From: Oculina patagonica
Lineage: Eukaryota
Direction of reading: 5' to 3'
Length of the DNA: 64,000 nt
Assembly (NCBI RefSeq): GCF_052425735.1
Contig: NC_135765.1
Span: 992,001 to 1,056,000, forward strand
The notes below the pieces were generated by a model. It saw only the letters and a program-made list of their open reading frames with translations, was not told the DNA's origin and did no database searches. How positions within the stretch are numbered: position 1 is the first letter of the stretch; the number at the start of each line of letters is the position of its first letter. The translations under genes were made by a program, and so were the position numbers. Shown piece after piece: positions 46,901 through 58,200 of this stretch.

Positions 46901-49900
46901 GCTGATCTCAAGACTAATAAACAAGATCCTTTGCTGGCAGTGAAAAAGTTCCATTTAGGAAGGTCTTTGCCACATTGGTCAGAACACGTGCAATGTAGAA
47001 GCCTTGCTAAGAATGCGACAAAGGACAATGCAACAAATTACTTGACATATTAAGACGACCCATCAGGTAATGTTCTCAATTGTCCAGGAGGCACATGACC
47101 AGACCCAACCAGGGTCTCTCTTCTCTTGCTCTGGGGGCGGGGAGAAAGAGACCCTGGAACGGAGGTTGTTTGGTCAGCTGAATGTAAGCTCACACCTGTT
47201 AAGATATTTATTAGACAAAGTTTAAATTTTATTACTGTTTCAAAATCTGATGTTTATGGTACTTTGTATTTCTAAGTTATTTAGTGGAATTTGTGACAAG
47301 TGGTCCTGTTGTTGCTATGGAGCTGAAGGGTGCAAATGCCATTCAAAAATGGCGGGAACTGTTAGGCCCAACAGACTCAGCCACCGCACGGACCCAGGCT
47401 CCATTGTCAATAAGAGCTAAGTTTGGGACAGGTACGTACAAAATAATGTGATGAGTTTGTCCCAGAGTCAAAATATAATTAACCGTGCGAAGCCGGTTCA
47501 TAATCTGGCTGGCATTTTTTTGTCGTTTTAGTTTTTTTCGTTTTTGTCGGTAAATCGATCCAGACCCACGCGGCCAAGCCGGCTCCTTTGTCACGGTCAT
47601 GCAAGATTTGATGTTTATCAGAGATCACTTGTTTAACATGAACACTCTGCTCTCTTTTAGAGTGAAATGTGAAATGTATAATTTTGTTTCATTCGAGTGT
47701 TTTACCAGAAAAGAGGGCTGAATAATCACATAACGAAACCAAAGACCACTTGGATATGTCCAAGTATTTTTAACTACCACTTCGTCAGACCTCGCTCGCC
47801 TGTAGCTATGTGGCTAATCATTCACCTTTTTTAAAAATATTTACGAATACTCTGTGATCTCTTTGTGTAAGATATTTATTTTTGTGTTATTCAAGCGTTT
47901 GGTTCAGAGCGAGTACAATTCGTACAATTTATGTGTTTTACCAGAAGAGAGTACTGAATAATCAAATAGCGAAACCAAAGAACGCTTGGACATGTCCAAG
48001 CTATTTAGAACTACCACTACGTCAGACCCATGCCATGTAATCGCTCACCTGTAGCTATAAATAATCATTCACCTATTTTAAAAATATTTACGAATACTCT
48101 GCGCTCTGTTTGTGTGAAATATTTATTTTAAATTTGTGTTATTGGCTCGGAGCGAGTACAAGTCGTAAAATTTACCCGGAACATGTTCAATATTGCAAAA
48201 CAACGACTTGTTTTCTGGATATTCCAATTTTTGTTTTGAGTTTATTTTGGGAATCGAAACGTAAATTGCAAGCTCAGCAAGAATGTGTCAAGGCACGGTA
48301 CACGTCATCGCGCCAGGGGAATTACCTGCACAGTCAGGTATGCTCTATTTGTACTTGCAAAAGCTCGTCAGACGACGCTAAACGGAGAAATACAACGGGA
48401 TGGCCTTAGCCTACACTTTATTTTGGCGTGAAATGGACTTCTTTTTAATGCCATTCATGATCTGGTTTGGGTTTATTTTATTGAACATTCGAAACAAAAT
48501 AAATATTTGCGTTTAAAGCAAAACATGGCAAGGTGATGAAATTCATGTCACGCACACTCCGTGACTCACGCAATCACAACTTGTGTGTTTCTCGAGTGAC
48601 TGCTTTTCTAAAGATTTTTTACTGTGCGGCGCCGTACCTTTCTAGCCAAAGAACTGAAAGAGGTGGTCAAACATTAACCGCATGGTTATAAACTGCTTTC
48701 AGTTTCTTGTTCTAAGTGATTACCAAGCGTTTCTTTTTCTGTTATCATGTGAATTTGGTGGTAAGTTAAGACAATTGTCCCTTAAGTCGGTAGTTTTAAG
48801 CAATGATACAATATTAAATTTATCTTCCTTGCAGACAATGCAAAGAATGCTGCACATGGATCAGACTCTCCAGAATCAGCCAAAAAAGTAAGAATATTTG
48901 TCGTGTCTTTCGTACATGCACTTGCCAATGGGCACAATCAGCTACACCATTTTATGTAGTAATTGGGAAGTTTTTCTGTTTGTATGCATGTGAAATTCTG
49001 TTTTTGGAAAAAGTATTTTTTGACTTTATAACGAGTGTTAGTTAGTTAGTTAGTTCGCAAAGTAAGTGGTGAGTTTTTCAGAGAATTTCAAAGCCAAAGT
49101 GTAAGACAGACTTAGAGCGGAGAGGGATGCATAGCTCAGATTGGTACAATAGCTTAGAAACTCTGGTAGGGGGGAAACTGCGGACTAGAATTCATCTTGA
49201 AATTCACAATATTTATTGTATCGATGACAAATTCACTTGCAATTCTTTTTTATGACATATTTCTTTACCTCTCAATTTATAAACTTATAACTTACTTCTT
49301 TCTTTGGTTTTTCTTGATAGGAAATTGACTTTTTCTTTAATCGTCCAACATTTAGTGGAAAAAATACTGCTACTTTTTCAGACTGCACTCTCTGCATAAT
49401 TAAACCCCACGCCATCATTGAAGGTACTTTTCAATGAATTTTTATTTATTGTTTTGACAAATTTATTGGTTAGCTTCATAAGTATGCAATTTAAGCATAT
49501 GGCTATAGATGTGTATGTAGATGTAGCTCTTTGCACGCATTGCAGGCCTGTGTTGTAAGCAATGAATTTTATAGGTGGCTTGTGTGAGTTTACTTCTAAA
49601 TAGGACTGGATGTCAATACCATAAATTAAATTAATTTGTCTTGTATGTTTCTTTTATTTATTTTTTTATTTATTTAATTATTTATTTATATATTTAATTA
49701 TTTAATTATTTATTTTTTCAGGTCTCACTGGTAAAATCATCTCAGCCATCACAAGCAAGGGTTTTGAAATATCTGCAGTTCAAATGGTAAGTCAATGGAA
49801 TATTGGAATTTTAATTCAGGAGCTAAAGGTGACAGATCTTTGTCACAAAAGTAACAATAAAGAAAAACACTGTGGCACCATAACACAATTTTAAACCTCC

Positions 49901-51675
49901 AAAAGTTCCAAAGCATCCCTTTCATTACCACACAGAGTTGCTGTTATGTGCATATCTGGGTAATTTTGTTTGCATGTACAACACAATGTAGCCTGCTATA
50001 ATGGATTGGGTTTCACTGGAGCCATTATATAATATTTTCAACATTTTCAAATTGCAGTTTCATCTGGAAAGAGCAAATGCTGAGGAATTTCACGATGTGT
50101 ACAAAGGTGTTGTTAATGAATACAAGGTAAGTATTAATGTAAAATTGATATCCATCTTCCAACAAATTTTTGCAAAAATTCAAGAAGAAGTTCGAACAAA
50201 ATTGACGCATTATCCTCTTATTTTTTTTTCTTTTTTCAGAGCATGGTTGAAGAACTGTGTTGTGGTCCATGCCTGGCCATGGAGATAAGAGCTCCTGATG
50301 CACCCGTTACATTCAGAGAATTTGTTGGCCCTTCTGACCCTGTAAGTTGACTTTGCGTGCGTGTGTAAACATGCGCGTGCGATCGTGTGTGCGTGTGTGG
50401 GTACTTGCGTGCGTCGACGGGGACTTAAAACAAAAAATAACGCTGACATATGACAAGCAATATTCAGCACATCTAACCAATCACAGGCGATGCAAATGAT
50501 GTCAATAATGTATTGTACCAATCAGAATTCTAAGGGGACAGACCATGAACGTAATGGCGCTCCTGAAAATATCTAATTGCCGTAACCGTTCATCAGTAGG
50601 ATGAACGTTGCAGAATGTGTTTATAAGGCTAAGATTAATACTAATGTGATAAATAACTATTTTCAGGAAATCGCTCGCCACCTGCGACCAGGAACATTAC
50701 GTGCAATGTTTGGTAAAGATAAGATTAAAAACGCTGTACACTGTAGTGATCTACCTGAAGATGGTTTGATAGAGGTTTGTATGCCCTGTTGGTATGTTGC
50801 TTTTATGAACTTTTCAAAAGCTTTTCAAAACAATTTTTTGTTTACTGACTTCTCGCAGGATGACTTGGTGTTTGATTAGTCCCAAATATAGTAAATAGTT
50901 CTGAGTACAGTTAAAATACAGTTAAGTTTAAAAAGTCGGAATTTTACTTTGTGATTTAGCATCCTTTTCCTGTCGCAACTTTCGAGTTGTCACTGAATAC
51001 ATTTGTGTAGTTAAACGTGTACTATATTGGGCCGATTCAACTTTATAAAATATGACAATATCAAATCATCAGTTCACGCATTTTTTTAATTAATTTAATA
51101 GCAGGTTCAGTGTTTCATTCAGCGTTTTGAAGGAATTAGCTGCTGCTCTTTTCTTACAGAAAGAGATAAAAAGGACAACAATTGTTGAACACTTATGTCA
51201 GTACAGAGAAATTTGTTGTTCTAAGAATAAGAACCTTCAAAACTTAGTTCACAGCGTAAAACCTTACCACACTTGGTACACTGCGTACGTGGAGGTCACT
51301 TCTTTTGGAAGGTCAGGTCGATTCAGGGAGCGGACGGTGAAATATACCCCCTCCCCCCTCCCTCCTTTACGATTGTGTTTATGTGGGGGTCGTTTCATTC
51401 AGAATCATAAAATCAGTCATCTTTTTTTCACTTGCAAACCTCCCTGAAGAAGTCTACGACAGTAAATTATTACCGTATCCTGGTTTGGGGGAATATCATG
51501 CAAGTCAACTGCTGCTCGCTAAATCGTTCCCAGTCGCTTCTTCAATGATATATATCGCGCTTGTTTTACTCATTTGTAGATACTGGGAACGAGGGAGTAA
51601 GAGGCGTGTCTAATTTTTGTGTTGTGATTCTGTTTTCTTCAGGTGCAGTACTTTTTCAAGGTGTTGGATCATTAA
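43998..51675 (+). CDS. NME7: Nucleoside diphosphate kinase 7 (DM10 plus two NDK domains), 15 coding exons
   Basis: Exons 43998-44000 (ATG only), 44076-44186 (RFAFLAEWYDP), 44977-45081, 45727-45788, 45888-45928 (TLAMIKPDA), 46304-46373, 46774-46824, 47277-47431, 48835-48887 (NAAHGSD), 49321-49423, 49722-49786, 50058-50126, 50240-50341, 50667-50774 (NAVHCSD) and 51643-51675 (VQYFFKVLDH*). Confidence 0.96.
44561..44760 (-). mobile_element. Terminal fragment related to the Academ-like element at 4968
   Basis: Reverse-complement similarity to 4968-5165 (shared CCTTTCAACCAATGGGAATTTT..TTTCTGGAGAAA and terminus ATAGAGGGCTGTG..TCTA). Confidence 0.7.
45577..45681. mobile_element. Academ-like MITE
   Basis: TIRs TAACCTGAGT / ACTCAGGTTA; TSD GTTAGTGAG / GTTAGGGAG. 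Confidence 0.6.
47696..48172. repeat. About 236-bp diverged tandem duplication in NME7 intron 8
   Basis: Two copies of TTTTACCAGAA..GAATAATC..CGAAACCAAAG..GTCAGACC..TATTTACGAATACTCTG..GAGCGAGTACAA. Confidence 0.75.
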
Positions 51676-54600
51676 GAATACAGTGAAAGTCTTTTCTACT
51701 ATATTAAACCCGGAATATCGTCTTTTGTTAATACAAACGTTATATACTAGTATGCAGTCAAACGATCCGTGTTTCCTAAGTTATCCTGTACAGTAGTTAA
51801 TGTAAGTCAACTGAGCGAACGTGTATATAGTGAAAAAACATTGTGAATTAAAACTGACTTTTTAGTATGCACTATGGTGCAAATAACGCTCAGCGAACGA
51901 CATGCGGAACCGAGATGTGATAATAATTGTGATGATGCGGATTTTAGAAGTTGTTCTCTGAAGTTATTAAAGAGACAACATGAAATTTTAATAAAGATCA
52001 GTTTAACCAAACTACATAGTAACTTACCTTTTTCAGAGAGCTTCGTCCACACTAATGCATTCTCGCTCCGTTTTGACCGTAACATCGTTCGCACTATCTC
52101 GCAGGGCTTTCCCCGTCCACACTAATGCGCTTGCTCAAAAGACCCACAAGCGCTACAACAGAGCGAATTGAAGGCTTATTTTTTTTATTATTTTTTTTAA
52201 ATAAAACCAAGTTTCTTCCTTTCCTATTACAAGTCAGCGCTCGCCTGCACTGCAGACATGAAATTTCGAGCGTTGGCCCTACAGTCGACTCTAGAAGTTA
52301 TATCCCTGAAACTAACTCATCCCTAAAAGCTATATAAAGCTAAAAGCTAGCGTACGTGTATTCTTCAGTCTACAGTCTGTACTGCAGCGTTGCAAGCATT
52401 CCGTATTTTAACACGTGTTTGCCGTTTGGGGAAATGAGACCTTGGAGTATTAAGTGTGAAATTTTCGAGTGGAATAAGCTTGCTTCATTGTCAGAGGGTC
52501 CAAAATCCACCAAGCCTGGAAATGGCGAGCCTGATGCCCAAGCTTCCCGCCTACCCCTTAGTAGCAAATAATAAGGGAGATGGACTGCTTTGCAATGCAT
52601 TGTAAAATGTTTTTGGAGGGATTATTTTAGGGCTATGTAAGGTAGGTTTTTGGCAGGCATTAGGGTTAGTCTGTAGTCTCGGTATAAGGGGTGATCACTT
52701 CGCACAGCCGTCACCTCGCAGGACCGTCAGAGTATTCTTTTCCGATAAAGTATATATTTTTTGAAAAATTATTGAATATAGATAATATATACCATAATAA
52801 GCAACGTCAGCATTTTGTTTGCAATTATGATGTTGCGCAACATTAAGTTTATTTGAGAACACGTTTAAGTGAGCACCTAAACTTTTATGTGGAATTTGAT
52901 CTACATATATTGGTCTAAAAAACGATGTCTCAGATTTTTCTTATCTCGCTCCATTTTTTTTGTGAATTTTTACACTTGAAGAAGCACTAAAAACGCCATT
53001 TCAAAGTTTAAAATTTTATACCATCAGCCTACCACACCTAATACCATCTACCTTTATATTCAATTAAAACAAATCACTAGTAAGAAAATAAATTACTTTA
53101 TTACACGACTAAGGCGGTCTGAGGGCCAATAACTAAATCAGCCAATCAGATTACTTTATTTCTGGTCCCGCGAGGGCCGATATTTTCCAAGTATCGGACG
53201 GGGTTTTGTCCCGGATGATCCCGCACTAATTCCCGCGCGATTTAGCGCAAGATTTTTGCTAGATATTTTTTGCAAGAGGTTTTCGAAGTTTTTATTACTT
53301 TGAAAATGAAATGAACTTAAACAAAGAAATAATTATAAGTCTTTTAGCGCGCGTAAAAGTTTTGCCGCACATTGTTTTCCACAACATCTACCGGGTAGCA
53401 ATTCTCACTACCCCAAGTTTCCAGTCGTGTAATAAATCTCTTATTAACCAAGCTTGCTGGGGACCGTACTGGGCGAATATTGGCCCTCGGTCTTTTTTGT
53501 ACGGACCTCGCTGCGCTCGATCCGTACTGTCAAGACCTCGGGCCAATATTCGCCCAGTACGGCCCTCGCGCGTGGTTAATAAGATATATGTAATTCTTAT
53601 TTCATCTCTGCAACATGTTTTGGAACCAGTGGAGCAATATTTATAAATCTCTCAGAGGTCCTAATCTAGAAGCCCTAAAAGGACCCTCGGTCGAGGGTCC
53701 TTACGCAATCAATGACCAAAAATGGAAAGTACAGCTGAAACGCTACGGCCATAACAAACATTGACGAAGAAGTACAAGGAGGCGATATTCTCGCAGGAAA
53801 AATACTACTAAAACGCCATGTAGCGTCGCCAAAACGATTAAATACAAAGGTAGGTTGATTCTTTGTTGGTATTACGATAATTGTGCTGATATTTTTTGTA
53901 TATGGAGCTTGGAAAACGTGCGAGAAAGTGAAAATTCGACACCGTAAAAGCACAATCACGAACGACGACCTGGAAGTGAAGCGAATTTCGAAAGTAAAAA
54001 GCTTAACTTGTCTGTCATGAAGCAAGGAGAGTTGGTGAATACTTTTGGTAGTAGAAGAAATGATTGTCTGTCAAACTATCATGAAATGTCAAAGAGATGC
54101 AATCGTCTGTTGTTGTAAACGTCGCTTCCAAGTGAACAACGTAAATTTTGCGTGCAGCGGAGAACCATCTGTCGACAAGATGCTGCTAGGACACGAATTA
54201 AACAAATTTATTGCTGATGTGTTTTTCTGTCGTTTCTCTGGGAATTTTATGTTTCTATTATGGCAGAGTTTGATTAATTCGACATCTAAAGGCCTGGCTA
54301 AATAAAGACATGTCTAAAGTTTTAAAACGAAAGCAAATCAAATGTTTGATGGTTCGATCCTAGCTCTGCTAGTTAGCGCTATTATTCTTCTGTGAAAATG
54401 TAACTTGTTTATTATTACTGTCTTTGCTTTGTCTTGGTCCATTTACCCAGAACTCCTGATCCATTAATACTATACTTCTCAAAATCTCGTGAATTCCGCG
54501 TGTTTTGAAGTTCTTGTTTTGCTTTATGTACATTTGCATGACTGGGCGTAATGTGAAACTTTACCTTATTGCATCACGACGTGACACTTTGCACTCCAGT

Positions 54601-55272
54601 TTTTCGCTGTACTTTTCTGTCTTGGAGGTTATAGTCTATTCAGTTTAAGCTACAGGATGGGGCAAAGGAACCTGAATTTTCACTCACAACTAGCCTCAGC
54701 TTTCAGTTTACACCTGCAAAGCTAGGGTACGAGATTAGGCTGGGACCATGATCACTGACTGCTCGACACTTTTTTCACCCGTGCAGTGACGAAAAAAATT
54801 GCTGAACATTTTTTAAGTACTGTACATGTTTAATATAATTATTGCTGCATCTGTGTTGTGCTAAAAGTTGTCTTGTATGTAGCATTGTGCATTAAGTTCT
54901 TCGTTTTATGGAGGCTAAACTACAGTTCTATAATACAGGGCCACTTTTGAAGACGGATATATTTGGTGGCTAGTTTGGCTCGATAGTCACCTCTGAGCCA
55001 AACAAACCACTAAATCTAAACACTAAAAACTTAGCGCACAATGCAACTATGCACAATACGATGACTTCTGGTTCATTACATCCACTGCCAAGCAAAACGA
55101 GCCACTAAATCTACACACCAAAGACAAAGCACACATTACAATAATTCTTGTTCTATACATCCACTACGGAACCAAATGAGCCACTAGATACACCATCTTC
55201 AGAAGTGGCCCTGCATTCTGTAGTTGCTTATTTTTACTGTTTTTTTTTATATAGCTTTTGTTAAATGTTAAC

Positions 55273-58200
55273 ATGAGGGTTGACAGTTGGTGGATTAAAG
55301 GAATTCTGTTCCTGTGGTTGTGCCATTTTGGCTGTTGTTCATCCGATGATGACAATCAAGTTTGTGTGGTAAGGATCCCTTAAAACATTTCACTTCTTAG
55401 GCCCTGTCCACACTAATGCGGATGTGTTTTTGTCAGTGCGTCATCCTGTTCATCAAAAACACGTGAAATATTCAATATTTGAAGACTACTAAAAATGACA
55501 AATCATGAATCACGGTAATTTGTTTTCAAGTTTCACGGTTCACGCAAATTAACATCATAGATGAGGAAGTCTTGTGCCTCAAGCCCTTATATTGAGTGTC
55601 TTAACTTGTAATACAAAGGCCACCAAACCTGTTTGTGACACTGTCCCTTTAATACAGTTGAGTAGAACATCAAAACTAACTATTACTTTAAGTTATAGCG
55701 GAGCTCCACAGCGGCCCGAAGGGCCACAGAGCGGAGCCCCATACCCATTGAAAATTCACAGAAATAGGAAAACCATGAACTTGAGTTTTCATGGTCATCA
55801 TGGCTAGCGGCATGGCTCGCGGGCGCGTACGTACGGCGTACGGTGTTGCGCACTTCAGAAATAGATAAACCCTCATCTATTTGTTACTGGGCATCAAAGT
55901 TATGGTCAATTGACAGCTGTCAATACAAGGTATCCGCTGACCAGTATCACGTGATAATATCGCGGGCTCAGGTGTATAACTCATCGAGGTAACGCGTTTT
56001 TATAAAGTTGACCGCTGACCGGAAAATGGTTTTTCTATTGGATTGCGGGCTCATTAACTATTTTTTTTTTCCTACGGTCAGTAAATTCAGATATTTTAAT
56101 AAAGGGCAAAGTAAATTACCGGGGAGCTCCGCTTTTAGGCTTGGCTAAATCTATTTAATGTATTCTCCTCACCTGTCTGGTTGTTAATCTATTGATTGTG
56201 TGAAGGGAAATTGGATTTTGATCAGTCTCATACAGTTTATTAGCAGCTTATTAGGTCTTACCCACATTGATCGCATTTATTGATTATTTCGCAGCAAACT
56301 CAATTTAACAGTACAGAAAATACTGACTGTTATGATTATGGCTGGGCAAGTTTTGGTAACCTCATTCGTTCCCCATACATAAAGGTAAGTTCATAAGTTA
56401 TAAGTGGTAAAAAATAATATATCAAACAAGTGAGAGAGTGTTTCAGCACATTTCCAAACATCCAGAAGAGAGTTGAAGATGTTATATACAGCAGGGCCTT
56501 TTTGATGAACTTCAAGCTGTTTGGAAATGAGATGAAACACTCTGCGACTCTTAACTGTTTGATATACCGTAAAGACCCGTAGATAAGCCGCACCTTTTTT
56601 CCAAAAATTTTCGTTCGAAATCAAGGGTGCGGCTTATCTGCGGGAACATTTGGAAAAGATGCCTAAAATTTTCGTGAATTGACACTAATTTATGGAAAAT
56701 TAATATGTAAATGGGCAATTCCATGTCATGGACGTTACAATTCAGACTAATTTTTAGAACTTTAAACTTGCATTGTCTAAGGATGAAAACAAGTTTTAAA
56801 ACTTTTCATTGATGTACAAGTCTGTGCACCTTAGTGTGTTAATTTGATTATTTCTTTTTTCCAGTTGACTTATTTGTGCCAGAGAAATATTGAGAAAAAC
56901 GACTCTCATGGACGTTACATAAAAATCAACCACGTAATTTAGTGCATTAGCATTACTTTAAAATTCCTGTGAACTTTCAAGCATTTTCAAAATATCTTCT
57001 CCATGTCAATGTAGTTTAGTGATTGTGTTAACTGAAAATTTTGTTTTCACCTCCATTATCTTTCACAGTTTTTCTTGGAGACTAAAAATGTAACGTCATG
57101 GACGTTACAAAAATTGTCATGGACGTTACACTAGGTGAATTCTTCTTCAAGTTTACCAAATAAATAAACTTTTTTCAATTCTTGGGCTCTATCATTTGTA
57201 GTAAAACAATATTTCTTGGCAGTTGGAAATGAAATTATCTTGCTAGTTAATGTAAAACCCGTGGAATGCTCATTTAAATTTTTGAGGACATTTCACAGTC
57301 CTTACATGACATATTAACCTGCATTTTCAGCAAATCTCTTTCCACAAGCTTGCTGTTTATCAACCCAAACCTGTCTTTTGGAAAAAACTGCCCACTGCTA
57401 TACCGCCTAACTATTTTTTACCTTTTCCAAAGACTTTGATAAAGTTTTGCCTTTTTTTCAACATTTTTGCAAAAAGTGTAACATCCATGATATGGCGTCC
57501 ATGACCAACTTTAACTGCACTTAGTTAAAAAATGTAACAGTTTACCAGAGTTTTGTTATCATCAAAATGTTCACTTTTGATAAGTAACAAAGCAGCAGAA
57601 ATTTTTTAAGAATCCTTCAAATAATAACTTAAGGAGAGAAAAAAAATGCACAAAATTTCATGGACGTTACGTAACGTCCATGACAGAACTTCACATCGCT
57701 GTTGCTATTTTTTAAAAATATTTTGGATGAAGTCTTTATCAGTTATTTGTCAACACAAATGAGGAAATATTCCTAATATAATTGTTTGAATTCATAAGCA
57801 TTTTGAAAGTATGATTTTTGTAAGTTAAAAATGTGCATCACAGACATTGTAATTTATTAAGAAGGTAAACCCGTACTTTGGGGACCCCCCTAAAAACACT
57901 GTTGTCACAGACAAAGTAAAAGTTGTTTTTCTGTATACTATAACATGTCTACAATGCAGCACAGGTTATTATTCCATCTGAAATATCTTTTGAAAAATCT
58001 TGATTTTTACACCTCTCATGTGGAATTGCCCAAATTAATATTACATAAAACTACAAGAGAGTACTGGTCATTAAGTTTGACTGCTTCTATACTGTTTGCT
58101 TCAACTAACTATGCTTCAACCGTAGTATTGATACTTCACGAGCGAGAAAATACCAAGAGTATTCACGTGTTAGATGGCCTACTGTTTCTTCCCCATTTCG

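Noticed and set aside
47780-48030. CTGACG(A) on the minus strand of the tandem repeat as a hammerhead core
   Set aside because: No downstream GAAA or compatible stems.
52655-52675. Minus-strand CTAACCCTAA resembling a telomerase RNA template
   Set aside because: No U-rich/A-rich pseudoknot in the right order, and no convincing CR4/5 or H/ACA domain downstream. Short TTAGGG tracts are common in repeats.
53675-54025. 116-aa minus-strand ORF
   Set aside because: No recognisable motif and a non-ATG start; it is antisense to a more protein-like plus frame.
56727-57683. CRISPR-like array from repeated CATGGACGTTAC
   Set aside because: Irregular spacing, both orientations, inside a TIR element, in a eukaryotic intron, with no cas genes.
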